In this document: piece after piece, positions 9,914 to 21,200 of the stretch
How positions within the stretch are numbered: the first letter of the stretch is position 1
How the letters are laid out: each line of letters opens with the position of its first letter
DNA from: Prasinococcaceae sp. CCMP 1430
Taxonomy: Eukaryota; Plantae; Prasinodermophyta
Length of the DNA stretch: 64,000 nucleotides
Reading direction: 5' to 3'
Assembly: GCA_013416795.1 (NCBI GenBank)
Contig: RQSC01000004.1
Coordinates: 509,554 to 573,553 of the forward strand
Made by a program: the position numbers and the translations under genes
The notes under the pieces: generated by a model
What the model saw: only the letters and a program-made list of their open reading frames with translations
Told to the model about the DNA's origin: nothing
Databases searched by the model: none

Positions 9914-11674
9914 TCAGCCGCTCGCCTCGACGAGTCGCAATTTGCCGTCTTGGAGCGATACGCTGCTGCCACCGGTCGACGCGCGCTTTCCCTTTTTGCT
10001 CTTGGTCAGCTTCTTGACCAATGCGAGCCCCACGGCCTTGGCGTCGTAGCGCCTGCTCTTGTTCTTGCCAAGCGCCTTCCGAATTACTGCCGTGGCTAGG
10101 GCCTCGGGGCTCAGGCCGACGCCGCGGCCACCCTCCGCGAGCGCCTGCACCGCAAGCGCGCCGGCGTCGTGTTTCGAGGGAAGCTTGGTCTTGAGCTCCT
10201 TGCCGCTGCTTGCCGCGCGCTCGGCCGCCTTGGCCGCATGCTTTGCTGCGGCAGCTTCCGCCTTCGCGGCCGCCTTTGCAGCCCTCTTCGCCGCCTTCGC
10301 CTCGGCCTTCGACGCGCGCTTTGCTGCCTTGGCCTCAGCCTTCTCGGCCTTGGCCCCGGCCTTTCCCGGCGCCTTGGAATCCCTCTTTGCTCCTCCAGAG
10401 CCGCGGGCTGGCGCTGCGTCGAATTTGTCGACGTACTTCTTCGATGCTTCGATTGCCTCCCGGAAGTCGCGCTCGCGCTGCGCGCGCTGCTGTGCAAGCT
10501 TGGCGGCGACGGCGGCCTTCTTCGCACGCTTCGCTTCCTTCGCGGCCGTCTTGGCGGCCTTGTCCTTGGACTTGGCCTTCTTGGGCACGGGATTCTCCTC
10601 CGCAGCGGCTTCGTCCCCCTCGACCTCCTCGAAGACCACCTTGGTGCCCGTCCAGCGCAGCTCCTTGCCCACCTTGAGCGCGACATTCGCGCCGCAGCGC
10701 CCAAGGCCGTGTCGGCCGCCAGTGTTGGCGTCGTGTGCCGAGTTGAAGAGCGCCTCCTGGTCACCCTCGGTGAAACCGCGACCGTTGCGTGCCTTTGCCT
10801 GCTCGCCTGCGCCCAGCCCGCCCGCGCGCACGAAAATACGACGCCCCCACCAATCGTCCGGCAGTGGCGGGAACTTCATACCCATGCTCGCTGGCTCGGC
10901 GAGCTCCTCCCCGTCCTTAGAAACCCCTGCGCCCTTTTCTGCGTCCTTGCCTCCCTCAGCGTGAAGCTTCCTCCGCTTAGGTGCGGCATCGCCCGCCTCC
11001 GCCGCGGAGGGCGCCTGCGTGGCGGGCTGCCCGCCCCCGTCGCCGCTGACGCGAGGACCCTGCGCGGCCGAGCGCGCCTCTGCCTGCGCGGCCGCGCGCT
11101 CCTCCATCGCGCGGATGCGCGCCATCTTGCCCTCTCGTCCGCTGAAGCGTCCTATCCACGGCTGCTTGTCGGCGCGCAGCGCGCGGTTGATGGCGGCTTC
11201 CTCAGCGCTCATGGTCGCCGCGGTTCCGTCCGCATGCATGCCGGCGATGCGCGCGCCGTCGTCAGCGTCGCTGTCGCTGTCGCTGTCGCTGTCACTGTCG
11301 CTGTCAGAGGAGTCGTCATCGCTGTCGCTGTCACTGCCGGACGATTCGCTGTCGCTGCCATCGTCCGAGGAGTCGCTGCCGCTGCCACTGCTGGCCTTCT
11401 TCTTCTTCTTGGCTTTGATGCCCTTGGCGGCCGAGTTGAACACGCCCTCCCACCACTTGGCGCCCCAGTCGTACGCCTGCGCGTCGGTCCCTACGCCGCG
11501 CTGGTCCTCGCGCTTCTTCACGCGCAGCGCCTCGGCGATGCCCTGCTCGTCCTTGCCGAGGCCCTTTCCCTTGGCGTAGCCGAACTTGGCGAGGTAGGCG
11601 GCGCCGAAGCCCTTGTGCAGACCCTCGGTCGCCTTCCGCTCCGTCTCGAGCACGGTCGGCCCGCGCAGCTTCAT
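9914..11674 (-). CDS. G-patch domain protein (GPATCH4/PINX1-like) with acidic tract and Lys/Ala-rich C-terminus
   Basis: GFGAAYLAKFGYAKGKGLGKDEQGIAEALRV..REDQRGVG G-patch followed by KWWEGVFNSAA. ATG at 11674. Confidence 0.85.
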   Translation of the reverse strand: MKLRGPTVLETERKATEGLHKGFGAAYLAKFGYAKGKGLGKDEQGIAEALRVKKREDQRGVGTDAQAYDWGAKWWEGVFNSAAKGIKAKKKKKASSGSGSDSSDDGSDSESSGSDSDSDDDSSDSDSDSDSDSDSDADDGARIAGMHADGTAATMSAEEAAINRALRADKQPWIGRFSGREGKMARIRAMEERAAAQAEARSAAQGPRVSGDGGGQPATQAPSAAEAGDAAPKRRKLHAEGGKDAEKGAGVSKDGEELAEPASMGMKFPPLPDDWWGRRIFVRAGGLGAGEQAKARNGRGFTEGDQEALFNSAHDANTGGRHGLGRCGANVALKVGKELRWTGTKVVFEEVEGDEAAAEENPVPKKAKSKDKAAKTAAKEAKRAKKAAVAAKLAQQRAQRERDFREAIEASKKYVDKFDAAPARGSGGAKRDSKAPGKAGAKAEKAEAKAAKRASKAEAKAAKRAAKAAAKAEAAAAKHAAKAAERAASSGKELKTKLPSKHDAGALAVQALAEGGRGVGLSPEALATAVIRKALGKNKSRRYDAKAVGLALVKKLTKSKKGKRASTGGSSVSLQDGKLRLVEASG

Positions 11675-12419
11675 CACGAGCGCTGCGGCCGCCAGGCGCC
11701 TCCCGCGCCTTCTCCCCCCCCCCCCTTCCCGCGTGCGGGAGCCTCTGAGCGGGCCGCGCCACCCAGGAGCGCGCGCTCCCTCCGCGCAGGCCTCTCGCGC
11801 GCCCTTCGGCGAGCCGCTGCGCCGGCCCAGGCGCGCGCGCTGTGGCGCCTCGCCGCGGCGCCGCGCCGGCCGCCAGCCGCCGCGCCCGGCGGCTCCAAAG
11901 TCGCGGAATACTCGAACGGGAAATCGACGTCTCTCGAAAACGAAAAAAACGGCGCCACGGATATGAAATGATGCAGCAAGCGTGGCCAAGCAAGAAATAC
12001 GTGAACCCTTTAAAATACCCCAAATAGTAACCCTAACTCTGGGGCACCGCACTCTCCTTCGGGTGTCGTTCGGCAACGCCCCTGCACAACGTGTGGGTGT
12101 TTGGGGCAGAAACTCAACCCAAACCTCATTGGGTGGGAGAGCGCGCGGTATTTGATTTCAAAGTGAGAGAGGAGCTGCGTTTGTTGGAGACCCTGATTTG
12201 TCCGGGCCGCACACGCGCGGGCGGGTAGCAGCAGTAACGACTGCGCGCGCTCGCGCGCTTCTGCCGCTCGATGTGCCACGCCGGGCGCCACATCGCTCGC
12301 CGCTCACCGCACGTCGCGCGGCGAGTGACTGAGAGCCGCGGGGCAGAGACCGCCCGGAGCCGAAGGACGAAGAGCCGCGCGCACGCGCGCGCGCCGGGGC
12401 GCTGCAGGGCGCGGCGGCG

Positions 12420-14166
12420 ATGGAGCGGCGCGGGAGCTCTGGCTCGGGCCGCTTTGGCGCGTCCCCATCGATGCGGCGGGAGGGTCCCGCGCTGTGGGAG
12501 GCAGCCGCGCGGCACATCTTCTCGCCGACGGCGGCGCCACTGCCGCCCGAGGTGTCGCGCGCTGAGTACATGCGATTCGAGAGCGCCGACTTCCACGGCA
12601 TCGGCCGCTCCAAGACGGTGCCCATGCGCAACGCGCACAAGCCCGTGTTCCTGTACAGCGGCGCGGCGGCCATGGGCCCGCGCAGCGCGCTCTCGACGCC
12701 GCCCGAGGTGAAGGCGCTCGGATGCCCGAACACGCAGATCATCCCCGACTGGAGCACCGCGCGGCTCGTCGAGCACGCGCCGGGGCGCCCCACGGCGCGC
12801 GTGCTGTGCGATCAGACGTGGACGGACGGGCGGCCCATGCCGAGCTGCCCGCGGCACGTCCTGCGCACCGCGCTCGAGTCGCTGGCAGCCACGGCGCCCG
12901 AAGGCGCGGAGAGCGAGGGTGCCAAGCTGCTTGCGGCGTGCGAGTACGAGTTCACGCTATGCGACGTGGCGCCCGCCAACGGCGACGATGACGGCGGCGG
13001 CCTGACGTTGACCCCCGCCTTCGGCGGCGTGGACATATTCAACACGATGCAGACTGCAAAGACGGCCGAGTTTCAACAGGAGCTCGACCGCTCGCTGCTC
13101 ACCATGGGTGTTGATCTGCAGACACTCAACGCGGAGTACGGCGTGGGACAGCTCGAGATCACCTACTCGCCCCACTTCGGCCTGGACGCTGGCGATGCCG
13201 CCTTCACCTTCAAGGGCGCGGTCAAGGAGATCGCGCAGAGCCACGGGCGCCGTGCGACGTTCATGACGCGGCCCTTCGCGGACGCCGATGGCGCCTCGAA
13301 CGGTGGCCATACGAACATGTCCGTGTGGTGCGGCGAGACCAACCTGTTGCAGGACGACGACGCGCCGGACGGCCTGAGCGAGTACGGGCGACACTTCCTG
13401 GCGGGCATGCTCGAACACGCGCGCGCGCTGCAGGCGCTGGCGGCGCCAACGGTCAACTGCTACCACCGCGTGCAGCTCGACTCTTGGGCTCCGGTGGTGG
13501 CCTCGTGGGGCTTTGACAACCGCACGTGCATGGTGCGCGTAAAGACGCCAAAGACATGCCCCGGCTGCGCATCGGCCTACTTCGAGTGGCGACAGCCGGG
13601 CTCGGCCGCCAATCCGTACATCGTGCTGGCCGGCGCTGTCGCCGCGGGCGTCGACGGCGTCCAGCGCAAGCTCGGGCCGAATCTCCCGCCGCCGGCCAGT
13701 GGCTACCACTACGACGCCGTGCGGGGCGATGCTGCGGCCAAGACGGAGCACGAGTGGATCCCCACGTCGCTGCGCGGGGCGCTCGACGCGTTCAAGCAGG
13801 TAAGCGCCGCGCGAGCCCGAGCGCGCGCACGTCGCTCCCGCGAGCACCCCGGTGCAGCCCGCTACCGCGGAGGCGCAGGCGTGCGCAAAGGCACACACGT
13901 ACACGCACATAGTGGCGCGAGCGCACGTGCAGGCACTGACGCCCGCGCGATTTGCCGCATGTGCCTAGGACGAGGTCCTGCAGCGCGCAATGGGCTCGGC
14001 CTTCTGCTCATGGTTCTGCCTGGTCAAGGAGGACGAGCTCGCTTCCTTCCCTGAGAAATTCATGCAGCAAGATCGGGACAAGGCGCAAGAGGTGCTCGTG
14101 GATAGTAGTTGCGGGGCGGACGAGCTCGCACAGCACTGCCGCAGACTCTATAGCGAGTACATATGA
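12420..14166 (+). CDS. Glutamine synthetase class I-like (lengsin-like / gamma-glutamyl ligase), 2 exons (12420-13799, 13969-14166)
   Basis: RFESADFHGIGRSK, CEYEF, NAEYGVGQLEI, NGGHTNMS, WGFDNRT, FEWRQPGSAANPY. Intron GTAAGC...CACTGAC...CTAG; last exon ends RLYSEYI*. Confidence 0.9.
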
Positions 14167-14317
14167 TGCTGCCGCGCGCAGAGCGTGCGCGTCCCCGCGA
14201 GCGAGGCATTCGCCACGAGCTCCACGACCAACATATTACTTGCGTTTCATTAGTCCGCGGCGCGCCGCGCGCGCGCGGCGAGCGCGGCCATCCACCGCGC
14301 CCCTGTTTCCTCGCGCC

Positions 14318-17263
14318 TCAAGGCGCGCCGCTCGTGTCGGCGATCGCCGCGAGAAAGGTGTCCTTGTGCTGCGTCGGGACGAATTGCTCAAAGCCCGCCA
14401 GCAGCTGGGGAGTGCTGCGCAGCAACGCCACCACGCCCTGCAGCGTGCGCGCGGCCACGCCCGACGTCTCGCCCGCCCTGCCGCCGGCACCGGCACCGAT
14501 AGCTGCATCGCCACCAGAGCTGGCGCGATAGGCCTTCAGCAGACGCTTGAATTGCGCGTAGCCGTCCTTGGGCAGCGCGTCCTTGACACGAGCAATGTAC
14601 GCCACGCCGTCAGATGGCGCGCTCTGTGCCGCGACTTCTCCGGGGCCAGACCGCGCGGGCGCATCCGCCTCAGCTGCAGCTGCGCGCGCCGCCGCGAGCA
14701 GCCCACCCCCTCGTCGCGCCAGTTTGCTGGCGGGGGCACCGGCCGCGACTTGTGACGCCTGTCTGCGCGTGGCATCGCCGGACCCCTTCGCCAGCGCGCC
14801 GGCCAGCTTGTCGTACTCGGCCTGTAGGTTGAGCGCGTTCCCCGCCCTGGGCCCCAGTGGCCGTGCGGCACCTGCATCCCTGTCGCTGTACAGATCGGCG
14901 AGCGAGCCGCCGCCTATCCTCCGCTCGGGCGGCGCGGCGTACTCCCCCTGCTCCTGCCGGGCCTGCTGCTGTCGCATGAACGACGCCATGCCACTGAGAC
15001 CAGCGCCATTGCTCAGGCCGAGCGCCACAGGCGGTGGAGCGCGCGGGCGCGCCGCGACGGTCGCGCCGCTGAGCTGATGGGTCACACGTGCTGACTCGGC
15101 AGGCGCGGCCATGGCGGCCTTGCCCCGCGCTGCCCCGCGCGCCATCGCTTTGAAGAACTTGACCATTGCGCCTTGCGCCTCGCCAAAGGTGCCGAAGGTG
15201 TGCATGTGTGGGCGCAGCCATGCACTCATGTTGGCCTGCACCGCTGGCGAGCCGAAGCGCTCGTCCGCCAGGAGGATGGCGCCGTAGTCGTTTCGGTGGC
15301 GGATGACTCGGCCCACGGCCTGGTTGACGGCACGCATGGCCTGGTCGGAATACCACACGGCACCCGTCAGCCCTCCGCCTTTCCTGCCCGGCGCACTGCT
15401 TCCTCCGATCTCGCCCTTGCTCTTCTTGTCCAGGAAGTCCCGCTTGAGCTGAACCTTAGGGTCGACCTTCGGCGCGTAAGGTATGCCAGTGACCACGACA
15501 CAGCGTCCTGCACGGTCGGCGAAGTCGAGGCCCTCCGACACCTTGCCCCGGCACACAGCGAACATGACGGCACCGCCGCCCCCCGAGTCGAGGGCGGCGT
15601 TGAACTCCGCGAAGACCGCTCCCAGCTCCGACGTCTTTCTGGGCTCGACGAGAGCGTGCTTCTTGCTCGCGATGCGATCCCACTGCCCCCTCTCGCGCCA
15701 GTACTCCACGCAGCTTGCCAGCACGCCGTAGCTGGGAAAGAAAACCAGCATGCCGTCGGGTACCACGCGTGCAAGATTCACCAGGGCGTTGCCGAGCTCC
15801 TCCTTGTAGCTGGGCGTGTCGCGGCTCCTGAAAGAGGAGTTGAGGGGTACGCGCGAGGGGCCCGTAGGCAGCACGCCCACCATCACGTTGGCGGCGTCGA
15901 CCACGTGCGGGTTCTCCAAGCGGACCGGGAAGGGCAGGGCCAGCTCCTGTGCCGTCGACTCCATTGGTGCGAGCGTGCCCGAGGCGAGCACCACGCGGCT
16001 GAGGCCCAGCTCGAGTAGCGGCGCCAGCCCTGCCCCTGGGTTGAAGCACCAGTAGCTCACCACACGCTGCACCGTCACAGCGTCCCGCAGGCTGCCCCCG
16101 TCGCTGCCGCCCGCGCGTGGCATTTCATCGCGCACGTACAGCACGTAGTCGTGCGAGTCGCGCCGAGAGCGCTCGAGCGTGCGAATCGCGCGCGCGACGA
16201 TATCCATGCTGGGCGTTCCGCTGCCCACCGCCGACACGCCACCCAGGTTTGCGGCCTCGGCGGCCGCATCGGCGGCGCCCTCCATGCGCTCTATGAGCAT
16301 GGGCATATTGTCGCTGTCGATGCCAACGTCCACCAGCAAGCGATGCAGGTACACGCCGCGCTCGACGAGGCCCTTGGGGGAGGGTACAGTCAAGGCGGAC
16401 AGCGCGCGCTCAATCGCTTTCAGGACGACCACAAGCTGCTTCGCGTCCTCCGCCCCCGATCTGGCCATCGCGGCCTCCTCGGATGCGTCCGGTACGCCCA
16501 GCTGCTCGCCGTCGGCGGCTTGCTCCGCCGCCTGCGCGATGCGCTCTGCCTCCACGACGGCCGCGGCGAGTGTGGGCACCGGCAAGTCGAAGCTCGCCAC
16601 TTCCGCGCACACGCTCTCGATGTTATGTGCCTCGTCGAATATGACCACCGACGAGTGCCAGTCGATGCCCTTGAGCGCGCGCCTGTTGAGCGGGTCGAGC
16701 AGGTAATGGTATGGCAACAGTACCAGCTCGGCATCCTCGAGGCCCTCGCGGTTGACGAAGTACGGGCACGGCCCTTCCCTCTTGCCAAGCTCGACGAGTT
16801 CTTCGATGTCCATGGGCGGCATCTCGGGCGCCGTGCCCTCTGACTGTTGCGTGACCAGGTTGACGGCTGCACGGTGGTGGCGACACGCGCGCTGGTTCAC
16901 CATCGCCCTGCACGCGTTGTTGAGAGCGGCGCCGCGGAGTCGCCCCACGCTGCTGTGTATGCACGTGTGCTCGCGGCTCGACAGCACCACCGTGCGCGGT
17001 CTGTACCCCGTCTTGCGCAGCTCGCGCACGACCTGCGCGAGCTGCGAGTGCGTGCGGCTCGCGTACAGCACCTTGGTGCCGACCGGCCCACGCCCCTGCG
17101 CCGGCGCGGCGTCCGCCGGGGGGCGCACGTACACGTTTGCGCCCGCCTCCGCCTGCATCCGCTCGTGCGCGGCACGTGCCTGCGCGCGCGCGCGCTCGCG
17201 ACGGTGGCGCTGCCACGCGAGCGACGCGCACAGCAGGCAGAGCGTCTTGCCGGTGCCCGTCGG
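14318..17263 (-). CDS. RTEL1: RTEL1-like XPD-family Fe-S DNA helicase; native N-terminus absent
   Basis: PTGTGKTLCLLCASLAW, YASRTHSQL, Fe-S cysteines (HTC...NAC...RAC...PCPY), IFDEAHN, SGTLAP, VCRGKVSEGLDF, NQAVGRVIRHRNDYG, and a C-terminal harmonin-N-like domain. Confidence 0.95.
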   Translation of the reverse strand, partial: PTGTGKTLCLLCASLAWQRHRRERARAQARAAHERMQAEAGANVYVRPPADAAPAQGRGPVGTKVLYASRTHSQLAQVVRELRKTGYRPRTVVLSSREHTCIHSSVGRLRGAALNNACRAMVNQRACRHHRAAVNLVTQQSEGTAPEMPPMDIEELVELGKREGPCPYFVNREGLEDAELVLLPYHYLLDPLNRRALKGIDWHSSVVIFDEAHNIESVCAEVASFDLPVPTLAAAVVEAERIAQAAEQAADGEQLGVPDASEEAAMARSGAEDAKQLVVVLKAIERALSALTVPSPKGLVERGVYLHRLLVDVGIDSDNMPMLIERMEGAADAAAEAANLGGVSAVGSGTPSMDIVARAIRTLERSRRDSHDYVLYVRDEMPRAGGSDGGSLRDAVTVQRVVSYWCFNPGAGLAPLLELGLSRVVLASGTLAPMESTAQELALPFPVRLENPHVVDAANVMVGVLPTGPSRVPLNSSFRSRDTPSYKEELGNALVNLARVVPDGMLVFFPSYGVLASCVEYWRERGQWDRIASKKHALVEPRKTSELGAVFAEFNAALDSGGGGAVMFAVCRGKVSEGLDFADRAGRCVVVTGIPYAPKVDPKVQLKRDFLDKKSKGEIGGSSAPGRKGGGLTGAVWYSDQAMRAVNQAVGRVIRHRNDYGAILLADERFGSPAVQANMSAWLRPHMHTFGTFGEAQGAMVKFFKAMARGAARGKAAMAAPAESARVTHQLSGATVAARPRAPPPVALGLSNGAGLSGMASFMRQQQARQEQGEYAAPPERRIGGGSLADLYSDRDAGAARPLGPRAGNALNLQAEYDKLAGALAKGSGDATRRQASQVAAGAPASKLARRGGGLLAAARAAAAEADAPARSGPGEVAAQSAPSDGVAYIARVKDALPKDGYAQFKRLLKAYRASSGGDAAIGAGAGGRAGETSGVAARTLQGVVALLRSTPQLLAGFEQFVPTQHKDTFLAAIADTSGAP

Positions 17264-17650
17264 GCCGTTGATCAGCACGGTGATGTCGGATGCGGCGACG
17301 CGCTCGGCCAGCGCGAGCAGTGCCAGGCTCTCGGGATCGGCGGCGACGGGCTCGTGCGGGCCGCGCAGCAGCGCGGTCGCGAAGCCGGCACCGACCGCGG
17401 CGTCGTCCGAGGTATAGGAAAGGCGGGCGGGGTTGCCGTCGCCGAACGCGATCGCCTGGCGGCCTTCGTCGCCGAGGATCAGCGTGCGCGCGGCGGCCGG
17501 GGGCACTTCGCCTTCCGCCACCAGGAACAGGTCATGCGCGCTCGCGCGGCCGTCCTCGCCCGCGCCGATCGCAAAGCCCTGGGCCCGCAGCGACGAGACG
17601 AGCGCATATTTCTGGCGAAGCACGGCGGCCGACGGAAGGATGGATCGCAT
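17246..17650 (-). other. Bacterial sigma54-dependent (NtrC family; FlrC/FleR/FleQ-like) activator N-terminal fragment, fused in frame to RTEL1
   Basis: EPVAADPESLALLALAERVAASDITVLINGPTGTGK matches the start of the sigma54-activator AAA+ domain (family knowledge, recalled, not searched). Purine-rich GGGGG lies upstream of ATG 17650. Confidence 0.8.
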
Positions 17651-18285
17651 TGTTACCCCCTGAGACACATCCCCTTTTGAGACTAATCTGGTTAACGACG
17701 CGTAAAATTGCCCATTTCGAGACCGCTTTGGTCCGGGCGCGTCTACGCGTGCGCACGTAGAGCCGAAATTTTTCGCTTAAGCTGCGCGCGCGCCGCGTGG
17801 CGCTCGCCCTCCCGCTCTCCCCCTCCCCCTCCCTCGCGCGCACTCGCATTCGCGCCTGCCGCCGCCACCGGAACGCCGGCGCGCGCGCGAATTCGTACGG
17901 CGGTCGGCGGCAGAGGGTGCGATATTTGGGGTTTATGTTTAGGGTTGTGAAAGTGCCCCTTTTACTGCAACGCGACCCGCGCGCGAATTGGGCGCGGGTT
18001 GGAAACTCGAATTGCGTTTGCTTTTCGAAACTGCGTTACCGGTACGCGTTTTTTTTTCTGTTGCGCACGGGCTGTTGTGGGTTCGGCGGGGCGGTGATGG
18101 ACGCAGCGCGGCGGGGCGCGACGCGCGGCGACGCGGGGGGGACCACAGAGCGCGCGCGGGAGGGGGGGGGGCGCGCCGGCGGCCGGGCGCCGGGTGCCGA
18201 CCGCCCTCCTTCCGCGCGAAGCCGCGCGGAGCCCGCGGAGCCCACGCGCAAGCTCGGTCCGAAACGCGGCTTGACCGTTTCGAGC

Positions 18286-21200
18286 ATGGCGTCCGGCGAG
18301 GAGATGAGCATCGGCTTCGACGGGATGAAGAAGCTGCGCAACCTGGGCCGCCGCTTGCGGAGCAAGCTGGACAGCGGCGCCGAAGGCGCCGAAGGCGGTG
18401 GCGGAGGGGGTGGAGGAGGTGGAGGAGGCGGAGGTGCGCGGGGTCACCCGCGCGGGCGGCCGTATACGGGCGGGGCGGGCGGCGGGACGAGCGGAGCGGC
18501 GCAGCGCAGCGCGGCGGCCATCGCGGCTGCCGCGTCCGCCGACGCAGCCGCCAGGGAGGACGAGCTCAAGCGCCTTCGAGCGCGTGTGGAGCAGCTCGCG
18601 ACGGCCAACGAGGCGCTCGAGCGATACGCCGCCGACACGCGCGCGGCAGCCACGGCGATGGCCGCCGACGCGGCAGCGGGTGCGCCAGGCGCTGGCGCGG
18701 GGCGCGGGGTGGGCAGCGACGAGTCCCTGCGGCGCGCGAAGCAAGCGCTCAAAGACCAGGAGGCCGAGCTGTGGCGCCAGGGCGAGGAGCTCGAGGAGCG
18801 TGAGGAGGCGCTCGACGCGCGCGAGCGCGAGCTTGCTGCGCGCGAGCGCGAGGTGAGGCAGGCGAAGGCGCAGGGCGCGCCTCCAGGCGCGGGCGGCGCG
18901 AACGGGGCCGGCGCCGGCGGCGGTGCCTCCGAGGACGTTCTCCAGAAGAAGATGGTGAAGCTCAAAGCCTTCGAAGCCGAACTTCGATCGCGGCAGGAGA
19001 AACAGCGCGCGGCGGACGCGGAGCTGAAGCGGCGCGCGGCCGCCGCCGCGGAGAGCGCGGCTGCGGAGGCGCGGCGCATTGAGTCCACGCGCGACCAGCT
19101 CGACGCGCGCGAGGCCGACCTCAGCGCGCGCGAGGAGGCCGCTGGCGTGGCGCATCGCGAGATCGGGGAGAGGAGCGCGGCTCTCGACGCGCGCGCGCGC
19201 ACGCTGGACGAGCGGCAGTCAGAGCTCGAGGTGGAGAGAACGACCATGACCGAAAGCACTCGCGGCCTGCGCAGTGACCTGCAGCAGCTGGATGAGCGCC
19301 TCGCCAGCGGGGCCGCCGAGGCGGAGCGCGCCGCTGACGCGGCTCGCGAGCGTGTTGAGGCGCTCGAGGCGCAACTCGCTCGCGCGCAAGCGGAAATCGA
19401 TGCACTTCGTGCAGAGCGCGCGTTGCGGGAGGCAGCGTCCGCTCGTGCCGCGGCACTCCCGACGCCCGAGGCGCAGTCCGAGGAAATGAACGAGCCGCAG
19501 GGCGACTGGGGCGACGGTGACGACGGCCTCGATGTGGCGCTGCTCGATGCCGAGGCCGCAGGCGCACCCGACGTCGTCGGCGGAGGATCCCACGAGGACC
19601 ACGCGCAAACGGCGCTGCAGCGCAAGGTCGACGAAGCGGAGGGCGAAGCCGCAGCGCTGCGCGCCCGCGTCGACGAGCTCGAGGCACAACTCGAGACTAT
19701 GCCCCTCGAGGGCTCGCAGCAGCAGGTCCAGGCCGAGGAGGAGCATATCGCACGCGTAGCCAAGCTGGAGGCGGAGCTGTCGAGCGCCGTCGCCGAGTCG
19801 AATGCGCGCGCGGAGCGCGTAGCGGCGCTCGAGAGGGAGCTCGCCGAGGCATCCGGTGCGTCGGACGCACGCGCGTCTGATCTCGAGGCAAAGCTAGCCG
19901 AGGCACTCCATGCGAACGGCGAACGTATCAGCGAGCTCGAGGGCGCGCTCGCGGGGGCGTCGGAGGGCAGCGCGGAGCGGAGCGAGCGCGTCACTGAGCT
20001 CGAAACAGCCCTTGAGTCGTCTCGCGCAGAGGCATCCCTGGAGCTCGCAGATCGCTCGCGCCAAATTGAGGAGCTCGAGGCAAAGCTTGCGGAGGCGTCC
20101 GAAGAGCTGGGGTCCACCGAGCAGTCCAAGCGCTCGCAGCACGCTCGCGTGGCTGAGCTTGAGACGCAGCTGGCGCAACTCCAGGCTTCAACAACAGAGG
20201 CTGGCGCCGAGAGCGTCGCGCGCGTCAGCGCGCTCGAGGCGCGGCTGCAGGCCGCGCTCGGCGAGACAGCAGAGCAAAGCGAGCGGGTCGGCGCACTGGA
20301 GACAGATCTTCGCCGCGCGATGGAGCGCGCAGACGAGCTCGAGGGGGAGGCGGCGGCCGCGAGCGAGCGAGCGCGCGAGGCGGAGCGTGCAGTCGCTGCG
20401 GCTCAGGAGCGCGCCGAGTCGGCCGAGAAGTCGACGTCCCAGGCAGAAGCGGCGCTCGCGAGCTCCGAGGCGGCGCTGACGAGCGCGCGCGCGGACATGG
20501 CGCGTGCCGCAGAGGCGGCGACGAGCTCTGTCAGTGCCGCTGACGAGCGCGCGCTGGAAGCAATCGCCAAGCGGCGGGACGCCGAGAGTGCCGCGGAAGG
20601 GGTGGCCGAGGCGCACGCCGAGGAGCTCCAGGCGCTGCGCGACGAGCTCGGCGCGGCTCGGGCGCAGGCTGCCGAGTCGGAGCGCACCCTACGGGCGGCG
20701 GCTGACGGCGAGCGCGCCGCCACGATCGAGGCGGCGGCGCGCGCCGACCGCGCGGAGGAGGCGCTGCGCGCCACTGAGGCGTCCCTGGCCGCGGAGCGCG
20801 AATCTGGCGCGCAGCGCGAGGAGAGCATTGCACGCGCCCTCGATGAGTCCGATCGCTTGCAGCGGGAGCTCGAGGGCGCCACGGCGCGCGCCGAGGCGCT
20901 CGAGGGCGAGCTTGCTGGGGAGCGGGCGCGCGCTGCCGAGCGGGGCGCGGAGCTTGAGGCAGCGCACGCCGCTGCCACCGAAGAAATAGCGACGCTCGAG
21001 GAGGCCTCGCTCAAGCGTCTGGCGGCGCAAAAGAACAAATTCCACCGCGAGAGGGACACGGCCGCGCAGGCCGCCGCCGCCGCCGCCGAGGAGGCGCGCG
21101 CCGCGCAGGCGACTGCCGACGAGGCGCGCCGCGCGGCGGAGACCGATTCCGCCATGCCATCGACGCGGCTGACAATGCCGCGCGCTTCGTAGATGGGCAG

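Noticed and set aside
17690-17720. Sigma54 or CtrA binding site upstream of the bacterial fragment
   Set aside because: Only partial matches (TTAACCAG half-site; no TGGCAC-N5-TTGC), too weak to call.
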